Shown: positions 52,330-64,000 of the stretch, one piece after another | Layout of the letters: each line of letters begins with the position of its first letter | How positions within the stretch are numbered: the stretch's first letter is position 1 | Assembly (NCBI RefSeq): GCF_018977255.1 | Contig: NW_024704742.1 | Location: 67,396,001 to 67,460,000 of the forward strand | Direction of reading: 5' to 3' | Length of the DNA: 64,000 nucleotides | DNA from: Callorhinchus milii | Lineage: Eukaryota | The notes under the pieces: generated by a model | Told to the model about the DNA's origin: nothing | The model's input: the letters and a program-made list of their open reading frames with translations, nothing else | The model's database searches: none | Translations under genes and position numbers: made by a program

Positions 52330-52635
52330 AATAATCCTTGCATTTGATATAGCGCTTTTCAAGTCTTCTAGATGTCTCAAAGCCCTTCACAGAATAGACT
52401 GTAAAGTGAATTGACTGTATATTTGTGGGTGAAACACGGCAGCCAATTGCGCACAGCAGTGTCCCACAACAGTCGTGGTTTGAAATGACCAATTTATTAT
52501 TGTTCTTTTTTCTTGAGGGAATATTATCAGGCGTGTGGAGTGAGGAAACTTGCCCAAGGTTTTGACCTGCCGGGAATCAAACCCAGGTCTCTCGCTTGCG
52601 AGGCAAGTGCTCTAACCACTGAGCTACAGTACTCC
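52330..52635 (-). mobile_element. tRNA-Ala/CORE-like SINE
   Basis: ctctcgcttgcgaggcaagtgctctaaccactgagctacag head (reverse). Confidence 0.88.
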
Positions 52636-53984
52636 ATATTAGAATTAGAACCAAACAGTGGAAGCATAGACAAATAGGCCAGCACTGCCTGGGCAGCATA
52701 TTGGGGGTTGGAAAAGGGCTCCTCAGTAAGGTGGTGGACTGGCTGGCAGCTCTCTGCAACGTAAACTGTCTCACACAAATATGTCAGATCAACTTGCGAA
52801 ACCTCAATTCCAACATGAGTTTGAGGTGTGTTTTCAACCACCCCCACCCTACAAAAAGTGCCAGTGGGAATGTCTCATTGCATTGAGTTGCAAGCAGTAA
52901 ACAATGAGCTGGGTCATTTGACTATCGCAGTTCCTGGAATCCGAGGTCTGAGATTCCACCTTGTCCAAGCCAGCAAAGCCCCAAAAATAATAATAATCCA
53001 TGTCTGTTTGTGGGACACTGCTGTGCGCAATTGACTGCTGCATTTCGCTCACAAAATATACAGTCAATTCACTTTACAGTAAATCCTGTGAAGCGATTTG
53101 AGACATCCTAACATGAAAGGCACTGTATCAATTTGCAAGAATTATTCTTATTCTTATATGCCAAAGTATACATGTATGTATGTAATTATATATATGGTTA
53201 AGTATGGATTCATTTATTAACACTCCTCTGTTTCCTTCTCTCTCATTTCACTATCCTAACTGTTTCTAACCAAGAACCTCAGAAATGTGGAACTTGTCAA
53301 CAAATTCCCCCAAAATAAAATTGGTCTCCATGGCTGTTTGTGGGACACTGCTGAGCTCATATTGGCCGGCCACTAAATATACAGTCAATCTACTTTACAG
53401 TGTATCCTATGAAATGCTTTGAGATATCTCGATGATGAGATAAGGCGCTATATAAAATGTAATGTTTATTATTATTATTATTATAACTTCCTATCACCCT
53501 CGGTCTTTCCTTTCTCCTACTATCTACGAGATTTTAAAAATCCATAAATGGCATCACCTAACCGCCACTTCTTCATTTATCTTGTCACCACTCCTACTAT
53601 TTACAACCTCGCTAGTGTCCTCCACGAGACTTCAGTCTAGGTTTTCCTAATTCAAACAAAATATCTGTGCAGTTTGCACATTCCTTTGTTTGGAGTGTAA
53701 GGATTAGTTTTCTGCAGCTCTGCACCTGTCACATCAATGTTCACTGTGAGGTTTCGCCTCTGATCCCACCACATTCCCGTTAGTCCTCAATACCAACAAG
53801 TTCCTCGCCTCTGCAGCTAACTGTGTGTTAAGTGCTTTGAGGGGACAATAACAACAATTTACATTTATATAGTGACTTTCACATGGGTGGGCGTCTTGGA
53901 CTCATACAATATTTTGAAATAGGATTGAAAAAGTAAATCCAATAGTTTAGGATGCACCAAGACAGTAGAATAAGATGACATTGT

Positions 53985-54357
53985 ATTCCTGTAGCATATT
54001 GATTAGAGCACTTGCCTCGCAAGCGAGAGGACCTGGGTTTGATTCCCGGGCAGAGTGAAATGTTAGGCAAGTTTCCTTACTACACACGCCTCTGTTTACC
54101 TAACAGTAAGTAGGTAGTTGTTAGTCGATTGACGGATCACTTTTTGTCGGTAGTAATCTGTTCCCAAAAAATTATAATAATTTGGTCACTCAATCCACAA
54201 CTGTTTGTGGAACACTGTTGTGTGCAATTGGCTGCCACATTTTGCCCACAAAGTATACAGTCAATTGACTTTAGATATATTCTGTGAGCACTTTGAGACT
54301 CTCAAAGACGTGATAAGGCGCTATATCAAATGCAAGGATTATTATTATTATTATTAT
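53985..54357 (+). mobile_element. Full-length tRNA-Ala/CORE-like SINE
   Basis: gagcacttgcctcgcaagcgagaggacctgggtttgattcccggg; (att)n tail. Confidence 0.9.
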
Positions 54358-54359
54358 AG

Positions 54360-54590
54360 GTTTACAAAGCACAGTTTCAGGATGGATATCAGAAAGCATT
54401 TCTTTACTCAGACGTTAATTAATGACTAGTTGTCAGGAGGGGTGGTTGAGGCTGGGAAGCTGGGACTCATTTAAGAAACAGCTTAATGGTGTGATGGGAA
54501 GAGGTTAGGGTAGGTGGCCATGTGTTCCAGAGGGATGAGATCAGATGGGCGGAAGGGTCTTTTTTATTCAAACCAATCTTGTGATCTTGT
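54360..54590 (+). mobile_element. CR1 LINE 3' fragment
   Basis: FRMDIRKHFFTQ...; gatcagatgggcggaagggtc...cttgtgatcttgtga 3' end. Confidence 0.78.
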
Positions 54591-54989
54591 GAATTGTCCT
54601 CTGATGTGAAAATGAACTGCAAGTTATTATTATTCAGCCCCAACAAAAATAATATTTTTTCTAAGAAGGAAGATGACCAAAGGTGGGCACAGCCTTATTG
54701 TGTGCAGTATGGGGGTGAAACACAGATTGTGGAGCATCTTCTTATGGTTTGTGGTGGTCCCAGAATCACAGGGAATAACAATGCAACACTGAAGAACAGA
54801 TTTGATGTGATCATATCAAACCTATTGCAAAATGTCCCAAATTTCACCCCGTACAATCAGTTGCACCAAAGAAAGAAGGAATTTGGCCCATTGAAGAGCT
54901 TTGAGACGTCTCAACGTTGTAAAGTGCTATATCAAATGGAAGGATTATTATTATTAGACATAATAATGGTGGTGAGAATGTGTAACTCT

Positions 54990-55185
54990 GTCAGAAGCTG
55001 TCGTTGAACCAAAAAGCATTGTGTATTTTAGAAGAAACTCAATGCATATATGAGGGGGAAGGGAATACAAGAGTATGGGAAAGGGGAACAGGAGGGGGTT
55101 GGGGGCTGTGGGGCTCAAATGGAGTCGAAACACCGCCATGGACTAGTTGAACCAAATGGCCTGTTTCCAGGTGGTGTAACATTAT
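54990..55185 (+). mobile_element. CR1 LINE 3' fragment
   Basis: gaagctgtcgttgaacc...gactagttgaaccaaatggcctgtttcc. Confidence 0.7.
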
Positions 55186-55877
55186 GTGATGGGTGATTCA
55201 ATTCAGCCACAACCCCAATCCCCTCACACTGCACATTCTCTAGTCCGTGCTCAGACTGGCCGCCTGCGTGAGACTCAATGAACCAGTAGATCATATGGAC
55301 AACAGGCAGAAGCAGAGACGAGGCTGCAGACAAATTTTGTTAGTGCACTAAATCAAGTCGCTGAATCACATAGATCAAAAACAAGAGAGAGGGGGAGAGG
55401 GTGGGAGATGGTGGGAGAGAATTGCAATGCTGACAGTTTGCACGGCTTGGGTTCTAAATCAATCAGTTAAATGGACGAGCTCACACTTTGATATTCACAT
55501 GGATGTACAAGCTGCCTTCTGCTCCTGAGCATCTGTAAAAGATTGGGGAATTAAGCGCATCCATATGTCTCGCATGCCACAAATTGGCACCAGCCAACAA
55601 GTCAGCTTGTGGAGCATCTGTTGACTGATCAGGTATGTGTGGGGAGAAAGAAAGCGAAAGAGAGGGGGGAAAAAAAAACACATTTTGTGCACTTACATCA
55701 ATCAAATACCTTTTTTTTCCCAATTTTCACGAAATTGTCAACAGGTGCAATTGCCTTCTGAACTCTGCTACTCTTACACAATTTTGATAAATTTGAGGGA
55801 ATACAGAGGGCCTGGGACCCGATGTAAGACCATAATCTAGTTTGTAGGTTCATGTGGTTTCACAAAGAGTGTTATAC

Positions 55878-56222
55878 CTGTCCGCTCCCTCCGCTCAGCA
55901 GGCTCCAGCCTGCTCCACATCTCCCGTCCAGCTGGCCCTAACGTTGGTGGTCGGACCTTCAGTCTCTCTGCTCCCAACCTTTGGAACTCCATCCCACAGT
56001 CTCTTTGCCTCATTCCTCCTTCAAGGTCCGCCTGAAGACCCTGGGGGATCCTCTTCGATCGCGCTTTCGAACACCTTCCTATCCCCACCCTCCCTCACCT
56101 CCACCCCTCCTGATCCCAACCCCATACTCCAAATCCCTGACTAGCGCCTTGGTGTGAAATGGTGTGAAATTTCCCGATGTGAAAGGCGCTATATAAATGT
56201 AATTTGTAGTTGTTGTTGTTAT
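55878..56222 (+). mobile_element. L2 3' fragment
   Basis: ggtcggaccttcagt...ctttggaactccatccc and tail gtgaaaggcgctatataaatgtaatttg(ttg)n. Confidence 0.85.
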
Positions 56223-56377
56223 TACCATTAACTGAACCCCAATCTCAAAATCACTGCCACAGGTTAGTTACCGGGCTGAAAGATCTATTCTGCCCCTTAT
56301 GGAGAGCTATCTCTATCTTCAGTCTTTTGCTTTTGGGGTTGAGCATCCTATTGGACACTAGTAACTGAGAAGCTTCA

Positions 56378-56788
56378 TAATAACAATAATAATAATCCGT
56401 GCCTGTGATATAATGCCTTTAATATTGGGACAATGTCTCAAAGCGCTTCACGCAATTTTACTGTAAAGTGTAGTGACTGTGTATTTTTTGTAAACAAACA
56501 AGGCAGCCAATTTGTACATGGCAATGTTCCACAAACAGTCATGAACTGAATAACCAATTTTATCTGGGGGATTGTTGGGCAGAAATCTGCTTTGCTTTCC
56601 AAATATTGCCATCAGGATCTTTAATGTCCATCTGAACAGGCAAACAGGACCTCAATTTTATGTCTCACACAAAGAACAGCATCTCCAACAATGCATTGGA
56701 GTGTCAGTCTACTAGATTATGTGAGTTCCAAGTCCCGCTGCGGGGCTTGAATCCGCAACCTTCAGAGGCTACTAACAGCCAGGCTGAC
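56378..56788 (-). mobile_element. Deu-SINE
   Basis: Reversed tail through to the head agccaggctgac. Confidence 0.87.
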
Positions 56789-56907
56789 GCAATTTGAGAT
56801 TAGTCACTGGGGGATGTGATAACTGCAGTTCCAAGCTATCAAATCCTATCAAGTCAGTTATCTCTGTTAAATCTGGCTGGGCCATAACTAAACACTATCA
56901 ATGTCTG

Positions 56908-57120
56908 TCTAAACTCCATACACACTGCCACTCTCAGTCTAAACTCCACACACACACACACTGCCACTCTCAGTCTAAACTCCACACACACACACACTGC
57001 CACTCTCAGTCTAAACTCCACACATACACACACTGCCACTCTCAGTCTAAGCTCCACACACACACACTACCACTCTCAGTCTAAACTCCACGCACACACC
57101 CTGCCACTCTCAGTCTAAAT
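56908..57120. repeat. Minisatellite, about 6 units of 30-36 bp
   Basis: Unit tctaaactc(ca)n ctgccactctcag. Confidence 0.93.
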
Positions 57121-57249
57121 CCTGTGAAGCACATCTAGACAATGTGTTAAGGCACTAATATCAAATGCAAGGATTATTGTTAATAAACTGTACCCACACA
57201 CTGCCACTCAGTCTTATTTTATCCAAATGGCATTATCAAGTGGTTCATA

Positions 57250-57593
57250 TAATAATAATCCTTGCATTTGATTTAGCACCTTATCTCATTGTTGAGATGT
57301 CTCAAAGCATGTCACAGGATATACTGTAAAGTGAATTGACAAGGTTTCCAGGCAGGGCAAAACCTTGGGCAAGTTTCCTTAATCCACACGCCTAATATTA
57401 ATCCCTCCAAAACAAAGCAATAATAAATTGGTCATTTTCCATCTACGACTATTTGTGGGACATTGCTGTGCGCAATTGGCTGCCGTGTTCGCCCACAAAT
57501 ATAGTCAATTCACTTTACAGTGTGTTCTGTGAAGCGCTTTGGGACGTCCTCCTGACGTGAAAAGCGCTATATCAAATGCAAGGATTATTATTA
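57250..57593. mobile_element. Reversed SINE tail fused to a plus-strand CORE-like SINE (57345-57593)
   Basis: aaccttgggcaagtttccttaatccacacgcc...gggacgtcctcctgacgtgaaaagcgc. Confidence 0.82.
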
Positions 57594-57812
57594 GTGTATA
57601 TTGTGATGTATTGTAAATTACATCAATGTAAAATTAAAACAATATAAGAGTCGTATATATAAATTTCAGCCTGCCAATTATAGGAATGCATAAAAAGTCA
57701 ACTGTATTGTAACACATGACACCTTCATTCAAACCAGACCAGCACAGAGCAACCAAGTGAGAAAGAGTTTACTAGCAGCACAGACTCAATGCCACTGTTC
57801 GTATTGGCAAAG

Positions 57813-58378
57813 TGCCAGCCTAGCTCAGCTGGTAGCATCCTTGCCTCTGAGTCAGAAGGTTGTGGGTTCTGAATCATGTTGGAACTTTAAGCTCACAGTC
57901 TAGGCTGACATTGCAGTGCAGTGCCTGGGAGGGGGAGTTGCAATGTTGGAGATACTATTTTTCAAATGAGATATTAAACCAAGGTCCCATTCAGGTATGC
58001 ATTAAAGATCTCAGAGCACTTCTTGTAATAATATTAATAATACATTTGATATTAGCACTTTCACATCTGAACGACTCAAAGCGCTTAATAATAATCCTTG
58101 CATTTGATATAGCACCTTATCCCATTGTTGAGACGCCTCAAAGCGCTTCACAGAATATACTGTAAAGTGAATTGACTATATTTTGTGGGCGAAATGTGGC
58201 AGTCAATTATGCACAGCAGTGTTCCACAAATATTTGTGAATTGAGGGACCAAATTATTTTTTGAGGGATTATTACCGCCAATAATCGATCTGCCAAAAGC
58301 CATCCACCAATTGACAAACAACTGGGTGCCTATTTACTTCTAGGTGAACAGAGACATGTGGAGGTAGGAAGGACTCCA
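57813..58378. mobile_element. Deu-SINE 5' part (plus, 57813-58020) and CORE-like SINE (minus, 58087-58378)
   Basis: Head and core motifs as in the other copies. Confidence 0.82.
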
Positions 58379-58979
58379 CTTTCTCCAACCACTTAATCAA
58401 TAAGACTAAAGCATCCTTTGTGTAAGCCACCCCTCGGAGATAAGTCACACATTAGAGCTGAGCTCTCTGGAGCTTTCCCTGCTAAGTGTTTTCTGGAAGA
58501 CACAATGTGATATTGGTTCGCCAGGCCTGGCTGTCTCAGCCTAGAGTAATGTCCTCCGTCTTGTGGAGCTAATTTTATTTATTGCTGGATAATTGGGGGC
58601 AAATCCTTCTGGGTCAGAGTTGCTTTCAAAGAATATTTATAAAACTGCAGCCCATTCCCTGGAGAATAGGAAACCACAGAGGGCATGACCTCTGACCTGT
58701 AAAAACATGGTGGTCCTCACATACCACTTAACATCCTCTGGTAAACTCTATTAATTCTTCATTTTACACCTGCCCAATTCAACCCAGTGTGGAAACAAGG
58801 CAGAAACAACTGTTTGTGGGACAATGTTGTGCCACAATGTTGTGCACAATTGGCTGCTGCATATCGCCAGAATATTCTGTGAAGTGCTTTGAGACGTCTC
58901 AACCACATGATGAGGTGCGATATCAATTGCAAGATTATTAATAAATGTTCCAGAGAATGTCACAAGGACTGTAAGCTTT

Positions 58980-59140
58980 GTCAGCCTGGCTCAGTCGGTA
59001 GCACTCTCGCCTCTTAAGAGTCAGAAGGTTGTGGGTTAAAGGTCCACGCTGGGGACGTTGAGCTCACAGTCCTGACTGACACTCCACTAGAGGAAGGCTG
59101 TATTGCTGGAGTTGCCATTTAACTGAGGACTCATCTGCCA
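58980..59140 (+). mobile_element. Deu-SINE head
   Basis: gtcagcctggctcagtcggtagcactctcgcctc...gagtcagaaggttgtggg. Confidence 0.85.
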
Positions 59141-59144
59141 CATA

Positions 59145-59885
59145 TTGTCCCCTTCCCTCCACAAACTGCAGATTATTCAATACTCTGCAGCTTGTGCCCT
59201 TTCCCACACCAAGCTCCGGGAGTCTAGCACCCCACCCTCACCTGGCTTCACTGGTTCCCCATTCCCCAGAGTATTGAGTTTAAGATCCATGTCTTCACTT
59301 TCAATGGCTCCATATTCTTGCTCCTCCCTACCTCTGCAACATACTAACCCCACAACAACCTTCCCACTCCCTCCACTCAGCAGGCACTGGCCTGCTCCAT
59401 GTCCCCCATCCTGCCTGCCCCACCTTCGGCAAACAGGCCTTTAGCCTTTCTACTACCACCCCTTGGAACTCCATCCCAGAGTCTCTTTGCCTCGCCCCCC
59501 AGTCCTGCCTCCTTCAAGCCCCGTCTCAAGACTTCCCTCTTTGACAGCTCCTTTGGCCGCCCTCCCACCGCCATCTCCTTTGGCCTCCACCCCTTTTGAT
59601 TCCAATCCCCAGCTCGGCTACAAACCCTTTACTGGCCAGCCCATTGGAACATCCTCCCGACATAAAAGATGCTATATAAATGTAATTTTTGTTGTTGTTG
59701 TTGTATCAGCCCCACCATTGGCAGCTCGATTCCTCCACTCATTGAAGGCCTGTCTCAAGACGAACCTCTTTGCTTCAGTATCTTTACCCTTTCCACCCTC
59801 TTCGGTTCCCATGCTCAGTCAGCATTGACAAGTGCTTTAGACATTCTCCCTGGCGTGAAATGTGCTCCACAAACGTAAATTGTGC
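59145..59885 (+). mobile_element. Two tandem L2 3' fragments
   Basis: LHKLQIIQYSAA...FKPRLKTSLF with a tail at ~59700, then a second short tail copy to ~59885. Confidence 0.82.
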
Positions 59886-60037
59886 TATATTTCAGGCGTA
59901 TCAGACATCCAGCTGACCAAAAAAAACGTGAGGATTCTTCCCCAAAGACAAGAAACCTTCAAGAAATTTAAGATTTAAAAAAAAGAATGGATTTCTAAAC
60001 CTAGGCTTCTCTATTTGATGGAGCTCATTCCACTCTT

Positions 60038-60310
60038 TAGAACATAAGAAAATAAGAATAGCTAGATGAAAGAAGACTAAGGTCCATCCAGTTCGCCCTC
60101 CACCATCCTGGTAGTCATATGCACATATCATGTCCCAAACTATATATTGTATCCAAAGATATTATTTCCTAAAAGAAATATATCTAATTTGCTTTTCAAA
60201 AGAATCAACACTTTCTGCTTCCACTGTATCTCCTTAAGGAGGCTGTTCCATACATTTGCTGCTCGCTCACTGAAATAGTGTTTCCGTGATTTGTTATGAA
60301 TTTACCCCCC
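60038..60310 (-). mobile_element. CR1 LINE 3' fragment
   Basis: agaacataagaaaataaga...ggtccatccagttcgcc...ggctgttccatacattt...gaaatagtgtttcc. Confidence 0.72.
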
Positions 60311-61015
60311 TTCAATCGCAGACCATTACTTTCCTACAATAGACAAAACTGGCAACTCAGTGATGGACCTCAGCATTACAGCCATCTGTGGAGGTACGCA
60401 GATGTGAAAAAATTCAACCAGGTTTATTGGAGCACAGAGGATGAGGCCACAAAATTCCACCTGTTCTCAGCTCAAAAACCATTGCCTTATAGTTTAAGAT
60501 TTTGGAAAGATAAGATTTTTAAATACGGAAAACAGTTTTGAATCCATTTCCCTCCCTTATCATCAGACGAGCTTTCGGACATTCTTCCCCCGCTCTAGGG
60601 AACTGAATCCCTGGGGCCCCTCTACCTTTCCCTCTCAACCCTCCCCCTCCCTCCCCCTCCTCCGCTTTTAAAGCCTGGTTTAAGACTTCTTTGACCGGGC
60701 TTCCAGTCATCCTTGAGAAACAGCTTGTTACTCCAAAGAAATGTAGGAAAGTAGGCACAGGAGGAGGCCATCTTGGCAGATCTTTTAATCCCAATTCCCC
60801 ACACTCTTTGCACCACATCACTCAAAACCTCCACCATCCAAGTATCCATCCACCTCTCTGTTGAACATCTGGTGTAAAGTTTGTGCTAATTAACATAAGG
60901 AACACGTTACGGAACACTGCAAACATTAGTCCAATAGGGTGAAGCCTAAGGCCATGAGGCAGATGGAGCTGAACAAGGGGAGAAGGGACAGTTTGCCGGC
61001 TGGCTGTTAACTTAC

Positions 61016-61288
61016 TGATCACGATGAGGGTATAGTTGAGGTTAATGCTGCCGAAGCCATTGGTGGCCTTGCAGATGTATGTGCCGGCATCCTCGGCCTC
61101 CACCTCCTTGATCTTCAGACCTTGGCGTCGGACCCGGAATCGTGTCCATCCGCTGTGGATGGTGCGGCCGTCTTTGGTCCACATGGTCAGCGGGGGAGGG
61201 TCGCCCTCCACTAGGCATGGCAACTTGATCGTTCGGCCCAACCTGACCGTCTGTCTGCTCAGAACCTTCTCCGATATTTGCGGCGGAC
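61016..61288 (-). CDS. FGFRL1: FGFRL1 (fibroblast growth factor receptor-like 1) internal coding exon, first Ig-like domain (D1)
   Basis: Minus-strand translation (G)[90 protein letters not shown] matches FGFRL1 D1 as I recall it, with the Cys pair, DxGxYxC motif and NYT sequon. Acceptor cttgttcctcag|GT, donor ATCA|gtaagt; 273 nt, phase 1-1. Confidence 0.95.
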
Positions 61289-61334
61289 CTGAGGAACAAG
61301 AGGCTCAGAAGTTGAGGTGACTGACAAAATAAAG

Positions 61335-61622
61335 AGTCCTTCAGATGAGACATTAAACCAAAGCCTGTCTGTCTGCTCAGGAGGAAGTTAAAGATCCCAT
61401 GGCACTATTCAAAAGGAGAAGGGAGTCTCTCCCATTCTCCTGGTCAACAATCCCCCAAACAAAATTGGTCACTGCATGGCTGTTTAGTGGATATTGCTAT
61501 GGGCAAACTGCCTATCACATCTTGCCCACAAATTATACAGTCAATCCACTGCAAATTATATCCTGTGAAGCGCTTTGAAACATCTCAACAATAAGGCACT
61601 ATATCAATTATAATTATTATTA
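61335..61622 (+). mobile_element. Deu-SINE 3' part, antisense to FGFRL1, ~45 nt from the exon acceptor
   Basis: gtccttcagatgagacattaaacc...aaagatcccatggcactattc through the tail. Confidence 0.88.
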
Positions 61623-61639
61623 TAAAGAGTCCTTGTCTC

Positions 61640-61810
61640 CTCACAAGATTGGTTAAGGTGAAGACGTCCCTTTGGCCTATCTATATCATCCTTCCAGAAC
61701 ACCCACCCTATAGTCCCTCCATCACAGCATCAAGTTGCTTTAAAATCAGTCCAGTGTCCTGGCATCAACCGCCCTTCCTGACAAACTATCTCCGTCGTTG
61801 ACATGTGTCC
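61640..61810 (-). mobile_element. CR1 3' fragment (related pieces at ~12445-12550 and ~34475-34560)
   Basis: tcacaagattggtt...ccctttggcctatctatatcatccttccagaacac; reverse of the 54460-54590 type. Confidence 0.65.
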
Positions 61811-62049
61811 TCGTGTTCTACTGCTTGCTGCATTCTTCCAGAGTCAATGCATTTTGCAATATATTCTGTGAAGCACTTTGAGACATCTCAACGATGTGAT
61901 AAGGCATTATATCAAATGCAGGGATTATTATTTTTATCTTCAAGTATTGATCTGGGTTTCCTTTTTCAATCCCATTTAAAATGTTGTACACCTTTATGAG
62001 GTCCCCTTGGAGTCATCTTCATTTAAGACTGAAGAGCCTGAGCTTGTGT

Positions 62050-62220
62050 CGATGGCTTAGTGGCTAAACAGCACAGCTACCAAAGCAACAGGAGGTCACG
62101 CGGATGGTAGGTTTGAATCCTGGTTTGTGCTGATCTCAGTTGAGGTTTCAGTTGGGGGGTGAGATACAGGACTTATATTTTTATATAGTTCAGTCTGGGG
62201 ATAGGAGCAAATTTTTCCAA
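62050..62220 (+). mobile_element. LF-SINE-like fragment, 5' part
   Basis: gatggcttagtgg...aggtttgaatcctggtttgtgctgatctcagttgagg...ctggggataggag. Confidence 0.5.
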
Positions 62221-62879
62221 ATTGTTGGCCCAGTAGTAGCACTCTCACTTCTTTGTCAGAATGTTGTGAGTTCAAATCCCATGTCGGGACTTGAACTCAC
62301 ATAGCCTAAACTGACAATCCAATGCAGTGCTGGGGGTTGGAGGTGCCAACAAACTTAGTTTGCAAGATCGTTCATTTTAAGAACGGCATCAAAAAAAGGA
62401 AGATGCAAACAGCTTCCAAATTAAAGATTTAACATTTTTTTAAAATTTCAGAAGAAGAAAAAAAGCAAGGTCTCGTGGGTAAAAGTGGGTGGAATTTCAG
62501 GCTTACGAATGGCAGAATTGAAGTCCTGCTGGTGTGTGTTTGGCAAAAGAAACCCGTTCTGAGCTGCATCTGGGAGTGTGACCACATCTAGAGACCAACC
62601 TGGTGGATTTGTTTGACAATCCTTTCTCAACTAGCGAACCAGATGAAAAGACATGGCCGCATAGGCATAGTAATTACCTCTCTGCAGTTTGACTGATGCA
62701 AGCCATCTGGGCCAACGTTCTGCATTCTGTGGATAACCACTGCCCTTATAATGAGCTCTCCCCATCACTATCTCCTCTCCTCCTCCCCCCATCCCAGCCC
62801 ACACACCATTTCCTCTTAATTGCTTTTGATGTCCTTCACATTGGGAAGACATCTCAAAACACTTAAGAATAAGAATAAG

Positions 62880-63220
62880 AATAGTGGTAATCCTTGCATG
62901 TGATATAGTGCCTGCCTTATTATGTCATTGAGACGTCTAAAGCGCATAATATATTGTAAAATATTCACATAATATATTGTAAAATGCATTGACTGTTGTT
63001 AGTTGATTGGGGAATCATTTCTGAGCATAATAATCCCTCAAAAAAAATTTGGTCACTCAATCCACGATTGTTTGTGGGACACTACTGTGCACAATTGGTT
63101 ACCGTGTTTCGCCCACAAAATAAACAATAAATCTACTTTACAATATATTCTGTGAAGCGCATTGAGAAGTCTCAACGACATGATAAGGCACTGTATCAAA
63201 TGAAAGACTCACTATTATTA
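62880..63220. mobile_element. Reversed SINE tail fused to the 3' half of a plus-strand CORE-like SINE
   Basis: Tails at both ends pointing outward. Confidence 0.8.
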
Positions 63221-63614
63221 TCACGTCACCATTAACTTCTCACAGAATCTTGTTTTGAAGTGTAGTGACTGTATTTGCAGGGGAATTAGGAGGATGGCAA
63301 GATGAGGCAGAGAAGAAGGAGGGAGGGTCCAAGGAAGTGAGGCAGTGAAACAACAAGGGAGCAAAGGAGTGAGGGAGCAGAGCTTGAGGATGAGGGGTTG
63401 GGTCCCCTCCTGTTGTTGACCAAAGCCTTTCCTCACAGGCTGTCCATGGAGCATTGAGGACTATTATCTACAAAGAAAGACTATCCAGGCATTTGTCGAG
63501 TGAAAGTAGCAGAGATTTTTTTTAAGGGTTTATTACTCTGGAAAGACCATTCGACAATCGACTAACAAGTCGATTCCTACTTAGTGCCAGGTAAACATAG
63601 GTGTAAACAGAGTC

Positions 63615-63803
63615 TCTCCTTCAAGGCCTGTCTCAAGACCCACCTCTTCGTCCACGTCTTCGGCCACCCTCCTACCCTACTTGCCCTGCACCCCACCTGA
63701 TCCCAATCACCTGCTTGGGTCCAAATCCCTGAGTGTCCAGCACCTTGGGACGTCTACCCTATGTGAAAAAGCCCTACACAAATGTAATTTGTTGTTGTTG
63801 TAG
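63615..63803 (+). mobile_element. L2 3' tail fragment
   Basis: ccttcaaggcctgtctcaagacccacctc...gggacgtc...aatgtaatttgttgttg. Confidence 0.8.
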
Positions 63804-64000
63804 TATATGTGGTGAAGGAGGGGGAGGGGACAGAGAGAGTGAGGGAGAAAACAACTATCAGTGAAAAGGGAAGCCGATACAAAATTGAAGGCAGTGGAGA
63901 CCGAGGAAAAACAATCACTTGATACTTTATTTGGTCAGCCAGGTGTCTGACACCCACAGAAGCCCATCACCATGCTTAAGAGCAACCAAAGCAAATTGAG

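Larger units (their letters stand above)
1..61015 (-). other. FGFRL1: Large FGFRL1 intron downstream of the D1 exon (continues beyond the window start)
   Basis: Begins at the gtaagt donor (61015). No linker exon or D2 exon (RPRFTQP-type) was recognisable in the ORF track or by eye. Confidence 0.75.

Noticed and set aside
56908..57120. CRISPR-like regular repeats
   Set aside because: There are no unique spacers, only variable (CA)n, and the context is vertebrate with no cas genes.
60822..61241. 139-aa ORF as a stand-alone gene
   Set aside because: Only the part down to 61016 is FGFRL1-like; the rest is read-through past the gtaagt donor, and the start is an internal TTG.
61289..61322. Upstream alternative acceptor (tttattttgtcag)
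   Set aside because: It would add 32 nt and shift the frame; no other support.

Overview
Vertebrate nuclear DNA, most likely from a cartilaginous fish; the repeat complement suggests a chimaera or shark, but that is inference. The only convincing host coding sequence is a 273-nt minus-strand exon (61016-61288) encoding the first Ig domain of FGFRL1, with canonical AG/GT phase-1 splice sites. I found no downstream FGFRL1 exon, so 1-61015 appears to be part of one very large intron. The window is densely filled with retroposons: a tRNA-derived Deu-domain SINE, a second SINE with a tRNA-Ala-like head and CORE-like body that shares the same 3' half, L2-clade LINEs (one nearly complete, frameshifted ORF2 at ~40040-43165), CR1 3' fragments and old LF-SINE-like relics. 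There is also a degenerate palindromic MITE-like repeat that I cannot name, plus microsatellites. Several repeat-free, motif-rich islands look like conserved non-coding enhancers. Nothing here can be shown from sequence alone to be a new biological system. The best leads are the modular SINE/L2 system with a shared 3' stem-loop, the unnamed palindromic repeat, and the candidate enhancers. Repeat boundaries were read by eye and are approximate, and many small SINE/LINE tail fragments are not listed individually.
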